From assembly GCF_003704095.1 (NCBI RefSeq), contig NW_020843878.1, positions 1 to 64,000 on the forward strand: a stretch of DNA of 64,000 bases, written 5' to 3'. The DNA comes from Pocillopora damicornis (Eukaryota). Numbering within the stretch: position 1 is the stretch's first letter; the number at the start of each line of letters is the position of its first letter. The notes beneath the pieces are model-generated. The model saw only the letters and a program-made list of their open reading frames with translations. It was not told the DNA's origin and ran no database searches. The translations under genes and the position numbers were made by a program. This document shows, piece after piece, positions 38,626 through 53,002 of the stretch.

Positions 38626-40047
38626 AAAGAAAGATGAGGTCTGTGCAAGGTTGTGCTCAGCAAAACATAAATTGAAGGGAAATACAGGAGATTCCTCTGT
38701 TGATCGATTATCAGAACTCATCAATCTTCAGTAAATCCTAATTACTGATTAATTAAGATTAATTAGGATATTTACAAGTAACCAGCCTTAAATTAAAAGC
38801 AAAACTGTCGAAGTTTGCATCCTCTTTCCTTGACAGATTTTGTTCCTGATGCTAAATGCTTTCAGTAATCTTTCCAAAGGAAACTGGGGGTATAAAGTAG
38901 AAGAACTATTGACAGACTTCTAGAGCAAACATGCAGTGGAGATATTGATTGCAAAAAAGATGCTTATCTGACAGAATTTTAACCCATTTGTATCAGCCTC
39001 TTCATCACAATTTTGTCAAGCCTTCTTTGTAACATGCTTTCTTTTGCAAGGCTGTGCTAGTGTGCTTATCTTTCCAATTGTCTGGTACCCTGCATTTTTA
39101 AGGCACTTACTAAATGGAGGGAAAAGAAAAGACAGATGAAGTGAGAAAAAGAGGTGGGAGATTGAGGAGCATTTTCCTTTACCAAATCCCCTTCAACTTT
39201 CACTCTTTTTCATTTTCTGCTTTCATGCCTGTCTACATCTGACCAATAGTCAACTACAGGCTTTTTAATCGCTGGCAGTTTTTCAAAGAATTTTTCTGTT
39301 CTTGTGTAATTCAACAAGACAAATTATAAACAACTAATGTTGTTTTTTTTCTTTATTTCTGTCGCGTAGAATAGTAATACACTGAGGTGTGGATGATTTA
39401 TTCAGTAGTTAATACCGTCATTTGAATAGAGACAAAGAGAATAGTAAAATTATATGGGTGGCCAAGGGAGGTATTGGTCCCTTAATTTTAAATAACAGAA
39501 AGTAGAAAGAATATTTCCGAGGGACAAAATTTGACAATTTATTTGGAGGGGGGAGTGTTTGGCTAAGTATTTTGGGGATAGCTAGGGTAGATTAATGATT
39601 TCCATAAGGAATTTAAAGAAGAAGGAGTTGGTGTAACCCACATGGTATTGACAGTTTCGTTTTCTTAATGCAATTGGCCGGGATTTTATGTGACTTATAT
39701 TTTTACTGTAGAGGGATTTTAGTCCACTTTACAAAAAATTGGTTTTCTTTTGAAGCGATCGATGTCTTTACATGGACCTCCTTGTTGCCTTAAATTGGAA
39801 GTATCAACTTTCTCTGGAGGGGATAAGTGGTCTCTTTGAGAAAAATATATATATTTACTTTCTATTTGCGTTGCAAATAAGGAATAGTTCTATTTTTGAA
39901 GAAAATAAGACGTACCAAACGCTTCAGTGAAAATTGTAAGTAAGTTAAGAGCTTTGGGTATTATCAAGTTTTATTTGATTGGTTTTGTGATGTTGGTATG
40001 TCCTGCTGTTTTAAGGATTTATTGAAATGTCTCGAATTAACGTAAGT

Positions 40048-40191
40048 GGATCAATATCAGTATCTGGGTAACTACCCACCTACCCCTCCCCTAACCCAAC
40101 ATTAACCCTAAGTTGTTATCAATTGACTGGTGTTGAGTTGGGGGGGGGGGGGGGGGTAAGTGGGCAGTTGCCCAGATACTGATATTGATCC
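40048..40191. mobile_element. 144-bp MITE with perfect 8-bp TSD
   Basis: TIR ggatcaatatcagtatctggg / cccagatactgatattgatcc; TSD acgtaagt at 40040-40047 and 40192-40199. Confidence 0.9.
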
Positions 40192-42289
40192 ACGTAAGTT
40201 ATATTTTCTTGACTTCGATTGTGCTTATCTTCAGTGTTGATGCGTTGTGTTAGTGAGCGTTTATTTTTGGGTCAGTTATTTTTGTCAAATGAAAATCACT
40301 AACAAGTACCAAACAAAAATTCTAATAATAAATATTTTATCTTGAGAAATTTCACAATTTGTGACCTCACTACTTTATCCAAGTTGAAGAATAAGAAATT
40401 TTTTTCTTGGTTCCTCGGTTTCGTGATTTCTTGCCAGGAAGGGGGGAGGGGAATGAGTTATCGAGGGTTTGAAAACCACGTTGCAAAACCACGGTTAACG
40501 TTTGGAACTAGTGTTGCTGTTTGAAATAGCTCTTTTTAAATTCAAACTACTTTTCAATTTCCCTCTATCGCCAGATTGGTAAGAGTTTTTCTCATTCGGA
40601 GTCTGCCAATGATCAACCATAAGTCACACACTGAATTGGAAGATTCTTTTGGTTTTTCTTGCAATCTCTTTCCCCGCTTTCGTTGCAACTCTTACCGAGG
40701 CTAACAGAGACAAAACAACTCCCGAAATTTTTCTTTGCTTTTCCAACTCGAAATTTAGATCTCACTAGTGAAATTAATGCGGTTTTAGGTACGTGTCGAT
40801 AACTTTTGTGGTAAAGTGGATACAAATTGGCTCAAAGACGATTAACACCGCGCTCGCAATGCTAGAACCATCTATTTAACAGAAACGTGGTATTAATTTT
40901 AGAAGATTTGTTCTGCAGCGTTATTAATTTCGAGTGGTCATATTTTGAAGAACATCTGCTTTTAGTAAGACCTTACCATTGGTTAGATCTGAGTTTTCAG
41001 GTAACCTGAAACTTAGAAAAGTTTAACGTTTAACAAATAAATGCACGATTGAGTATGTCCAAAATTTCAAGAGAAGCTCTACGGCGAGTGGATTTTTCTT
41101 ATGGCCAACATTCAAATAAATACTACCAATTTTACCTAACTACCATCGAGAGATCATGAATGCTTTGTGCGTCTTTATTATAATAACTCTCCTAGATCCG
41201 GTTTCAGCGTGTACTGATGGTAAGTTTTCTCTTTAATGTCTCTTTAAGGTTGCTTAACTTTGTTTTATATGCTACAGAAATTGGTTTCGTCCTTTCCAGG
41301 ATGTTCAGCCAGCACTCGACTAACGATTTTCTCATCCTTAGGTCACAATTATGATATTTATTAGGCTCATAATAATTATAATGTCGATAACCTTGTTTGC
41401 AATTTAGGTCTGTTTTGTGTGAAGTTTCACATGACCTGCCCAACCCTTTTAAGCAAGTCTTTCATGTCAAACCCGTCTCTAGTATTCGTTACAACACGCT
41501 TCTAAATAATGCTTTTTTTTTTCCTTTTTGAATCAATCGTTTAAGATTTAGTAAGCTCCGACGACTATTGCTTGACAATGAAAAACTTTTCAATTGATCT
41601 AAGCCAGCTTTGGCGTGCCTTTTAGCTTTAATTAAATTCAAATGCAATTAAACTATAGCTCACTTCAAAAATTATCATGGCCTTGTCCGCGCAATAAAAA
41701 AGCGGAGTTTTACCAATGAAATGTGAGTGAAGGAGTTTGTGAGTGATAAGTGAAAAACCTTACTCACTCAAATATTATGATAAATCATATGATAAATGAT
41801 AAACTGTACTGATGAGGATGGACATCTGCACATGTATGGCAGGTGGTCTAACGTAATTATAGCGGGTGGTCTAGGTCTAAGTACCTTTAAAAAATCTGTG
41901 GACGCAAACTTTGCTATGCAAATGAAAACGTGTTAAAGTAAGCTGAGAATAACGGGGTAATTTCGTATTATCAACTAAGTTAAAACGTAAATTGGCTTCC
42001 GTAAAGAGTTTAAAAGCTAACGTTTTCAGCATTAGTCCTTCGTCAATCGCTCTGACGAAGGGCTAACGCTCAAAATGTCAGCTTTTAAACCCTTTACTGT
42101 GGCAAATTTATGTTATCAACTCAGTTGATAGTACTTAATTATCCTGTTATACTCTCCCACCGACGCAGCACCACAGTTTATTTAGAAACTTACCCCTTTT
42201 ATTCATTAAGCTGAGAATAATTTCCACTCAGTTTTCGTTCGATCTATTCTGATAAACGTAACTGAAGACTTCAACTAACTGTTTTACAG

Positions 42290-44106
42290 GAAACTGCCGC
42301 ATAATAGAATTCCCAAGCTACCTTTCCATCGTTGGAAAACGCTTGATTAATCACCTAATCAAAACTATACCGGGAATGGACCAGGACTCGTGTGAGTGGC
42401 AGTGTTACCTGGACAACAACTGCGTCAGCATAAACTTACAGTTTGAAGGAACAGAACGAAACTGCGAGTTGNNNNNNNNNNNNNNNNNNNNNNNNNNNNN
42501 NNNNNNNNNNNNNNNNNNNNNNNNNNNNNNNNNNNNNNNNNNNNNNNNNNNNNNNNNNNNNNNNNNNNNNNTGATCAGTCAGCAGCGATGCAACTGTACA
42601 AAAAGAGAACGCCCGTTACGAAACAAGCTAAAGGACCCTTTTACTTAATAATCGGCTCTCAAATCCACTGACAATAATTTTTTTTACAGAGTTCTCCATC
42701 GAGTCAACAATATTATCAGGCAATAAATATTACCGCAGTCATCTGTATGGATTCCTGGTTCCAGCTGTTGGAAACGTTTCTCACTGGTCGTTGTGCTTTC
42801 GCACTTCCCCTAGGAATATCGCAGATGCTACTTTTCACAAGAAGTGCGATGGAAAAAATGACACTATCACAATCATAAGAGTGAATGACTACGTATTTGG
42901 TGGATATATCGACATTCCTTGGTGTAAGCCATTGACCTAATAGACTGCACTTTCTATCTGTTCACCGGCCGGTATACTAACCCACGCGGGGTGTTGGAAG
43001 AACAAAAGAAAAGTTTGTAAACTACGAGCTGTGTTCTCCCAATATTCCGCGTTATTACCGGTAAACCGAAAAATAGTGCGGTATTTTGTTTTATAGAATT
43101 AATTTCAATTTCCAAGAGGTTTAACGGTGCAATTAAGGATAGGTTTTTGACCAATCAGGACGCTCGTAGTAATATCTTGGTTATTTTATAACAACTGACA
43201 AACTACCCTTTTCGCTAGAATTCCAGACTCAATGGTGGAATAAAACTCTTGACGAGACTTGGAAGTTCAAATACTATTAATTATCCCAGAAGAAGTCAAC
43301 CCTGGGTCTATAATGATTACACGAGAACGCAAAATGGGCCCATCTTACCGCCTCGAGATTTCCCGCTCTCATCCCGTGAAAAACTGCTTGTAGCCTGCCT
43401 ACATACCTAGTGAATTCTGGGAACTTCTTTAAAGTTACTAGAACAAACATTTGCGGTATAATTGCAAAAAATTAATACCTCGGCTTTATTGCTTTTTAAC
43501 ATGGTGCAATCAAAGTTTTCCCAGTACCCAATCCTCAAATTGAACTCACTGAACTCTCCGTGCGCACTGCTTGCTTGGGTCGTTGAGGATGACGAAATTG
43601 AGATTATTTTGCACTTTAACAAGGACATGCCTAACCAAAGGTCGAGAGTCCTCTTTTTGACGTGTTCGACCGGTTTTACTCAGCGTTTGACAGTTACGAA
43701 TATATTTAAACTCATGTGTACGTTTTTTGCAGTTTCAGGTCAGCCAAAGGATCCAGAAGAGTATGGCAAAACATTCAACGCGTTCATTTTCTCTTTAAGT
43801 AACAGCCAACAAACTAGAGCTTTTAAAAGCATGATAAGAAACTCAGAAAACGCCACTTCTAATCATATATACCTTGGACCAACGTTTGGGAATAACGATA
43901 TCCGAATAGATAGATATCCAAACCAACCCACCGATTACACTAGTTCAGTCACAAATTTTGGTAATGACTACTTCCTTCCAAGTAATATCACTATTCAAGA
44001 CCCTCAAACCATTCTGGCAGGTGTCAAAAATTTCAGACCAGACGAACTCGAGGTTTTCTACCTAAATAAGGGGTCCTGCCGTCAAGCAAAAGCAAGTCCC
44101 CCCTGA
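42290..44106 (+). CDS. PAN/apple-(gap)-TLDc protein, copy A (5' end not found; spans assembly gap 42472-42571)
   Basis: PAN exon from 42290 (CEWQCYLDNNCVSINL...CEL); TLDc exons 42690-42923 (WSLCFR...FHKKCDGKNDTITIIRVNDYVFGGY) and 43733-44106 (AFIFSL...GPTFG...ELEVFY). Confidence 0.8.
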
Positions 44107-46049
44107 AACAACGTTTATCTCAGGAGGTTAGATGTGATATTTTTCGCATTTCACCTGGTGGTAATATAAAGAGGCGAATACCTCTCTACAAGATTTTAAA
44201 ACCCTTCGCTGTTCAGAGAAAATTATCATGTAAAGCTCACTACATCAACCAGTAAATAGGTGATGGAAATGACTTGCACGTTAACAAGCGGGTGACTCAA
44301 CTCAATATTTACTGAAGTCGGTTGTTGTAGTATTTTTGATGTTATGTTTCTTATATCGCTTTGTAACTAGCTTTTAGCGCTAAAGACTGTAGTTTCTTCG
44401 CTGTAAAAAGTTCGTTGTGTAACATCCAGAAGCTTCCAAGCTTTTCCAACAGAAAATAACATTTGGTTGAATCATGTTTTCACAAAGCTTTTTGATCGTT
44501 TAGTGGTCTGATGTGCCATACCTTGCAACAAATCACTGTGAACATGTATTTCATTTATTTACAGAACCTTACAGAGGGTTTAATTTTAACAGCGAATAGG
44601 CTTTTTATCTTACACATACCTTGTTCTGTAATGCATAGTTATCGATAAGAATTGGTTTATTACTAGGAGTAAGTTTATTATTAAAACCTGCATAGATACC
44701 TACATGGAAGAAGAAAATTTTCTTTGCAAAGTAACGGTATTTTTTTGCTGTTCTCAGTCTGTTTCATTTCTTATTTACTACGTTAATATGGTATACATTT
44801 GAAAACAATAAAAAATTTATTTAAGTGAGGCTGGTTCATCTCGTGCCTTCTCTGCATGGATGTGCGCCAAGAATGCAAATTTTTTAGCCTTAAAGCACGC
44901 CGAATAAACTGAGCAAAGTGATCGCATTTTAACGGAGACAGTTATCGTTAATCTGTTATAGAAATGGATTACAGATGACGTCAAAATGTAGAGGAACAGA
45001 GAAGTGGTGATGAGCCGCACCATGGATGTAGGCGAGTTGACAGTTGACAATAGACAACCTCATGTCCATGTAGGCTTCAAACGGCAAAATACGCAAGACT
45101 CTTCCAGCTCTTTACTTAAATTATTCGAACTTTTAACTTTAATTATCCATTTTTATGAAAAAGTCCGCCTGAATCATTGATTATATACCTGCACAAACAA
45201 AATCTCTCAGTTATGATTCTTAACAGGGGAATAGACCAGTCAACATTTAGTGAATCAGCTCGAGTTGACTTGGAAAATATTTTCTCCAGCTTCTTATTGA
45301 ATTCCGCGTTATGAATTTTCGGAAACCTAGGTTAGGAGAATACACGTGTATGTGTTTATGCCAGTTATCCGCCTGAGGTTTTGCACTGTTCACGTAACAG
45401 GATATCGGTCAGGAAAGGGCTTGAACTTCATCACTAATGATGCATTTCTGTTATTAAAATACCATGGAAAATACAATTGGTAGGATTTTCATACAATGAG
45501 AAAGGCAGAATTATAGTCATGTGGAAGACAAGGAGTATGAGTACATCTCAATCGCGTGAAAACAACAATAATAAGCTCACCATTCTTTGTTTGCGAAATG
45601 TCAGCCGCGCGCTTATTGGAGACACTCTTTGGCCCCCAAATCGTACTTTCAATGCACCAAGAAATAGCAAAGGAGAACTCGCTAGGCGCTAGGGTCGATT
45701 TTTTTCTAATTTTAAATACAGCTATCAACCGGAAAATGCAAAAGAAACTTCGATAAGCACTATAAAGAAGTTTTCTTCTTTTTCCAATCTCGAATTTTAG
45801 ACTGAGGTGGTAAAACTTCTATAAAAGCACTAAGTTTCTGTACGAAGTCCTTACAATTACAACTTGTTTTAGGTGTCCCCAATTAGCAGCAATGCTAAAC
45901 CACGTCGGCACGTAAATAAAAAAATTATTGTTAACAAAAAGACATTTAATGTTATGACTTCATCTGTCCAGATTATTTGTTTTCTCTTTGAGATTTACAT
46001 TCTTTCTTCCCAAAAGCTCAACACATTGTACCGCTAACAAGAAATGAAG

Positions 46050-46600
46050 ATACACGAATTTTTCTGCGAGAGGGCATATAAATGCAATATATATTCACTT
46101 GTTATGCAGTGTCACGGACGAAAGCGAAGAGCATTGAATTACATTTTTTTTCGAATTTGCATGGTGCAACTAGCATTGCATGCCATAAATTGTAATGGCT
46201 GTGCTGAAAAATTAATTACGAGTGACAACGTGCATATTTTTTCGTGCTAATCATGTAAACTCTGATTGAGTTATGTTGAAAACGTTGATCGGTTTGTTGC
46301 AAGCTATCTTCGTAGTAATAGACTATCTATGAGAAAATGATGGTCCCATTATTATCTCTTGACTATCTAATATCTGATTTATCTCGCAACCATGGATTTA
46401 AAAATTACAGAAACAAATGGTAGGCAAAGTTTGTCAGAGGAAGACTTGAACCAAGTCTTATCTTTTTCTCTTACGCATGATTGTTGATAATAATCAAATC
46501 ATCTACATAGGAATTAGTTTATAAATATACTTTTTAACAGGCAAGTTGTTTTGGCGAGAAAGTGCCAAACATTCGATCGAGTGATCACGCTGCCATATTG
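46050..46600 (+). repeat. Segmental duplication; paralogous to 51610-52120
   Basis: Colinear shared blocks gtcacggacgaaagc, tttgttgcaagctatcttcg, gaaagtgccaaa.attcgatc. Confidence 0.85.
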
Positions 46601-47556
46601 GGTAGACAAGATCGACGAAAGCGGTAAGTAATTCTACCAAAAAGGTGGCTGTGAGCATGAAAAACTAGTTTGCCCCAAGCTCTCCACGATTTTGCCAATC
46701 CATGAAAGCGTTTCTACACTCAATTTAAAATATGGCTCACTCGTCAGAAAATAGGTCTGCTGTACGGACTGGTTTATCAAAGAAACCGGAGGGAAATATT
46801 TTGTACGGAATGACGGTATTCTTTTGTCGCTTGAAGTTGCTTCATACTCCTTTCTTTGTTTGAATAAAGTAAACATTAAAAAAAAAAAGCAGTTATGACA
46901 TTATAACCTAATTATGTGGCATTTAATATGCATGTAAATGACTGTCTGAGACGCATGGGAATGCGTATTACAAATTGAAACATTTTGTGATATTTCGTCA
47001 CAAATTAAAACATTTTTTGATATTTTCATAACTTGCGATTCATTTTCTGCCTTCTCAGCCGATTACAACATGAAAAAATGGCCACCTCCAGCCGTTTTCG
47101 CACATCTTTGACGCTCACCAATTATGCATGCCAAAAGCATAAAAAGACACTGCTTTGTAAGTTAATGGCGCTTATCGTCTCAACAGCACGCGCCGCCAAT
47201 TCACTTTATTCAGACTTCATTGTGTCTTCAAGAATGCTTAATTAAACAGCGCCGCTTGCCATGTGGCATTCTTGCAGAACTGTCAATTAGTATAGCTCAC
47301 ATCGGCTTAGCAACTGTATTGTCTTCAAGATTGTTAATTCAAACAGCACCACTCGCCCGATGCTATTCTTGCGGAGTTGTCAATCAGCTTGATAGCCCGC
47401 ATAGTCTCAGCTGTCAGATTCTCGTCAATGGCACGCGTCACCAATTACGCCAATATGAACTATTATGATTCCCTCAACATGCTTACGGAGCATCTTTGTT
47501 TGCCACGTACCGTTTGATTCTTAGCTCGCGAAGTCAACGTTCGTGCTGCTGGCCGA

Positions 47557-47847
47557 ATGTCTTGTGATCAAATTGGGAAAGAAATGGACATTGAAGTACT
47601 TATGTTCTTGTTTCTGGTAGTTCTTTTGCTTCTCTTGCTGCTGTGTTGGTGTATGTTCAGTTACCATTTTCTTTGGTGGTCGCGAAGTCATTTCGAGGCT
47701 AACCTCATCTTGCCTTATCCAGTTCAGGAGCAACTTCAAGAAGATTGGGTGTTTAATGGTAAGCAGAAATGTATATTAGACAATCCGTATCAACCCTTAC
47801 CATCTATGGAATCGCAAGTCGTTAATACCGGATTGATGCTCACTTAA
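47557..47847 (+). CDS. Small single-pass membrane protein or terminal exon, paralog A
   Basis: TM segment VLMFLFLVVLLLLLLLCWCMF, then LPYPVQEQLQEDWVFNGK conserved in the paralog at 53491-53790. Confidence 0.5.
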   Translation: MSCDQIGKEMDIEVLMFLFLVVLLLLLLLCWCMFSYHFLWWSRSHFEANLILPYPVQEQLQEDWVFNGKQKCILDNPYQPLPSMESQVVNTGLMLT

Positions 47848-48714
47848 TCAACTAAAAGCTTTTCAACAAGTTCGTTTAAAATATGCACTAATAAAATGTA
47901 GACAGTTACGCACTTATCACCTTTTCATAAGTTTATATCTGCCATATATGTATATTATACTTTACGTGGTCACCGAGTTTTACTAACAATTTAAAGTAAG
48001 TTTCACTTTAGGACCATTTAGTTCAACGGATATCACTTTCAGATACATAACTAATTCGTTCAGCCACTTCAAGCAGCTAACCAAACACCTCTCGTTCCAC
48101 CACCGGCTGGGAATTTTCAATTCAAATTATTTAAGACAAAAACTTCCACTTCCTTTCAGGAACCTACAGAGGAATACCGGAGGAAATTTGACGATCTTAG
48201 AGAGGAGTCAGGAACACTTAGTCTCCCTCAACAAACATTATACGGTCTCGTTACTTGCACCTTTTCGAAAGCAATACTAACTCAGAAAAGAAGAGTTAAC
48301 AAATTGACTATATGGACAGCTGACATCTCATCGAAATAACTCAGTGGGGCACCAATTAAGTTTGAAGTAGTTCGAGCGTAACTAGGTGCACACTTCCCAC
48401 GCAGCAAACACGCAATGTTTCGGTCTAAGCCGAAAAATCCAAGGCTGTAGTAAAGCTCTAAATGTCGTGCAATATCTGTAGTTTATGGCATAACATTTGC
48501 TATTTTCAATTTTCCTTCTCCTTGTCAATAACGGTTGCTTTGTAAATAAAATAAAGATTCACGCAACCTGACTTCATTAAATAACCTCGTTTACAACTGA
48601 ACAGTTCCAAAACAAATATTTGACCTCTAAAACAATGGCTTAATAGAGGCGACAATAGTTCGTTTACTCGGAGAGCGAAGAGATTTGCATATGAGGTATA
48701 GGTTAAAATTCATT

Positions 48715-49025
48715 GCAGACTCCTAAAACTAAAACTATAAAACTAAAACGAAAGCTAAAACTGTGTGTTATAACTAGTCTTATTTTAAAAAAAAATCGTT
48801 AAAACATCTTTGTCCTTGAAATTTTCATTAAGTTTGCAGAACATTTACACAGTTTAAATCTTTGTCTAATGAATTCCAAAAGCTTACTGCCCTATAATGA
48901 AATGATCTCCGACCAGCAGCGGTTTTAGATAAAGGAATGTTTAGTTGTTGTGAGTTTCTTGCTGTTCGGTCAGTTATCTGTTCTCTTGAGACTAGCTGTG
49001 TTGCAGGACAGGTTATGAACTGTAC
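48715..49025 (-). mobile_element. 3' fragment of an L2/CR1-clade LINE
   Basis: TARNSQQLNIPLSKTAAGRRSFHYRAVSFWNSL, typical of the ORF2 C-terminus. Confidence 0.75.
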
Positions 49026-51448
49026 CACTTTAAATTACTGAAGAAATCTCACTCTCTCTAAACATATTATTATGCATACAGTCCTTTGCATTTAATAGTG
49101 GAGCACCTAAACTATGTCTCAAACCGTTTCAACCCCAAATTTCTCGCTTCAAAGGACAACAAGAGTTATAAACAGATACAAACGGGAAGTTTGTAGAACA
49201 CCAAACACCAGTAACGCATAATCTCTACAAGCTTCTCTAATGCAACCCGTAGCATTGCAGCCACAACTTAGAAAACTCCATTGGAAAACGTTCGAATAAA
49301 TTGTTACACTTGCCTGTCAACAGTGTGACGGTGTCTTGTTCGTTTTGATGTCACTGAGAGTTATATGTTACTTCCATAAAATATTCATTTTAAACAAGCC
49401 AATCAGTAGCACAAAGTTTGGAATAAGCCTTTTCGACATTTGACACTGATGATCATCATCAGTATCAAACCAGTATTTTTTGCCTAGAATCAATAAGATC
49501 TATTATTTTTTAATGTTTACCCAAAATTCAGTCTTATTATGCATTTCAAGTTGTGGGTAGGTGTTAAAATAAATTTGAATAAATAGGCGTATAGATATAA
49601 AAGTTAAAGGTTTGAGATGTTACAAAAAAAAATAGTCAATAGATGAAAAATTACAGATTAAAAAGGACTTCTCGCTAAAAAGTTTTTGGCCACTGCTTGA
49701 AGAACTCCCTGCTCAAAAATCGTGCATTTTCAGGAGCCCTTTATTTTACACTGTTTATTTGACACCAGTTTTAATATATATATGATTTAATAAATGTTCA
49801 GATTATAATGTGTAGCTGCTTTAAATAAAACTCACTCTCATTCGTTAAATCTGGCCCATGATATGGAAAGCGATAACTTGATAAGAACTGAACTGATTTA
49901 TTTCTAGGTCCTCTAAGAATAGTTCATCAATAAAATCTGCATAGATACGTATTTGGAAGCAGAAAAATGTTCTTTGCGAAATAAAGCAATGTCATATCCT
50001 CTCCCTCTTTCTGACAAGAACGGTTCACAAAATACACCCGGATATAAACAAAAATATATTGTGATAACCACCAGTGCTACCCACTGAGACCGTGTACGTA
50101 AGCCATGTGGCTAAAAAGACATTCAAGGGAGTGCCCCAAGAGATGTGCCTCAATCTATCAATCATCCCATGGTTTCTCTATTTCCCAAGCATTTGACTCA
50201 ACTTATAATTCAATTGACGCTTATTTTCGAGAATTCGAATAAGTTTCATTTACTCTTAACAAAAGCTTAAAGCGTACACGAGAAACGCTACCTTGATCAA
50301 TCCGACAAAACCGTGACTTTTCACTTTCTGCATACAACAGAGCCTTTTTGTGAACACCGAATCTGGACCCTGTCGAGTTAAAGAAGGTAAATCGGTTATA
50401 TTAGGCGTTGACTATAACATTTCCAAACCCTTTTACTACTTAAGAATTGGTTCATGTACAGCGTACATTTACTGTCAAGTCATTGATGCACGCGGGAAGC
50501 ATAGAGAGCTCAAAATGCACGACACGTACGCTGTTTGGAGAACAATTTTGGCTTTTGAACGCCCCTCTGGGCTTCTTGAGCGGCAGTGAAACCATGACTC
50601 TCTCGGCACGGAGCAAGGAAACTGTAGAAATAATTCTGAGATTTTCGGTAAACTTGGGAAACGTGTTTAAATTGTTCTGTTTTCGTTGCTATTGCTTTCT
50701 GACGACTAATTGATGTGCAGCTAAAAGTTCCATGCATAGGAAGCCACTTGGAATTTGACAACTAGTTTCTTCCATCGTTGATGTGTTGTAAGGAGGACAA
50801 ACGAAAAGCACACAGCAACAGACGCTCGTTGCTGAACTCACTGAACTTGAATTTCGCAGATAATTATAGCTCCAGACCACCTAACTGCGTGTTTATATCA
50901 ACAATTTTTTTTTCTTGTTTTGTTTCATTTTGTGATTTCCATTTTCTGTTTTAATTACTTTTAATGCATGCAGGTGTTGGGAAAACATATCAAGAGGTTT
51001 TGCCTACAAAAATGAATTGACGAACTTCGAAGACCTGAAAATAAAATAAAGACAATGATAATGATTAACTTCTAGTTGGTCTTTGCTCGAAACAAAGTCC
51101 TATATAATTTGAAACATTTATCGAATGGAATCTGTACCTGTACTTAATCAGAAAATAGCTTTAATAAGTTATTATAAGCGGTCATATGTTAGAGGGCAGC
51201 TGCTTCTGATAAAATCTTCCTATTGGTTAGTCTAAGTTTACCTGAGGAGGTAACCTCAAAGTTAGACTTAACTGTCGATTCCCACTTGGGAATTTTATGT
51301 TTAAGGTTGAGGCTATGCGGTAATAATCTGTTCTTGAGGCCAAATTCAATCCTTCTGAAACTACTTTTTCCGAAGTAGAGATCATGCTAAAAATTTGCCC
51401 CAGCAAGTGTTACTTTCACTGACACAATTTCTTTCATTATTATTTCAG

Positions 51449-51580
51449 TGTCCACTCATACAGTTGGATAATGACAAGACACCAAATGCATTCATCTTTT
51501 CTTTACACAATAGCGAGAAACGTGGAGCTTTCAAAAGCATGGTAAAAAAAACCCCGAGAGGGCCATCTACAATCGGAAAT
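51449..51580 (+). pseudogene. Truncated relic of the last TLDc exon (third paralog)
   Basis: KTPNAFIFSLHNSEKRGAFKSMVK matches copies A and B, then degenerates. Confidence 0.75.
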
Positions 51581-52135
51581 AATTGTATAACACCGCAGTT
51601 TATGTGATAAAATGCAATTTTTACTAACAATGCGATGTCACGGACGAAAGCAGAAAGACTGAATTACATATTTTTCGAATTTGTTATGTAACTGGCATTG
51701 CATGCCAGAAATTGTGGTACCTGCACTGAAAAATAACTTATGTGTAACAACATGAAGATTTTTCGCACTCATCATGTAAACTTTGATCGATTTATGTGAT
51801 CATGTTGATCGATTTGTTGCAAGCTATCTTCGCAGTAATAGATTATCCGAGAGAAATGGTCCCATTGTTTTCTCTTGACTACAATAATCATTAAGAGGTC
51901 TAACATCTGATTTATCTTGCTAGGCCGGATTTGAAAAATCAGTTATTTATAGAAACAAATGATAAGCAAAGTTTGTTAGTGGTCTTTTTGAACCAAGTCA
52001 TACTATTTCCTCTAACCCATGATTATCGACGATAATTAAATTATTTATATAGGTATTAGTTTATGAATAACTTTTTCGCAGGCAAGGTTATGTTGGCAAG
52101 AAAGTGCCAAATATTCGATCCAGTTGTTAGGCTGC

Positions 52136-52975
52136 TTTCGCGACTTCAACTTTTTTCACGACTTCAACTTTCCCGCACGACTTCAACTTTTTTTCACGAC
52201 TATAACATTCCGGCACGACTTTAACTTTCCGAAACGACTTTAATTTCCCGGAACGACTTTCTCTGGTCTGTTATTCAACATTACCTAAAAATGTTTACCT
52301 TAAGATTGAATGTAATCTTGTCCAAGTTTTATGGACAATAGGCTTTGGTGGAACGTAAACAGTCAAATTGTTTTTGTGTTAACACGCAAGGCCATAAGTA
52401 AAGCAGTTTTGTGACGGTTAAAAAAGAAACGAAGCCAAAGCGATTATTCTGGTCAGTAGGAATAGGTTTAAACAAGAAAATGAGCCAATCATGCAGATGT
52501 GGACGAGCAAGTTGGCCATGACTGAATTTACTTCTTATCAGTACATTGGCGATACGGGGAACCAGTCTAACCCAAGTCAACGCAAATATTTTATCCTCAA
52601 TTCAAAATTAATTTATTTTTTAGCAATTGTGTGCAAGACAAGGACACTAGGAATAATTTGATGGAGAAAGCTTATAAAATTTAACTTTGCTCAGTTGGTA
52701 ATTTACTCATAGTTTTTACCAAACAGTGTTACAGTAACTTCGGCTGTGAATATATGAAAGTACTTTGCAATCGAACGGCGGTGACCTAAAGCTTTGATTC
52801 TTGTTTTGAGTCTTCCAGTGGAAAAAGTTAAAGGTCGAGTCATGAAAAAGTCGCGCCGAGAAATTAATTTCGTGCCGGAAAATGAAAGTCGAGCCAGAAA
52901 ATTAAAGTCATGCCGGAATGTTGAAGTCGTGCCGGAGAGTTGAAGTCGTGAAAAAAAGTCGAGGTCGTGCAAAAA
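52136..52975. mobile_element. Foldback-like element with inverted arms made of about 19-bp subrepeats
   Basis: (cacgacttcaacttt...)n at 52136-52260 and the reverse complement (...gttgaagtcgtg)n at 52830-52975. Confidence 0.75.
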
Positions 52976-53002
52976 AAAGATGTTGAGAAATAGGAGATGG
53001 CA

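Noticed and set aside
50341-50713. Intact Ig-like coding exon
   Set aside because: Similarity is vague and needs a frameshift; mentioned only as a possibility
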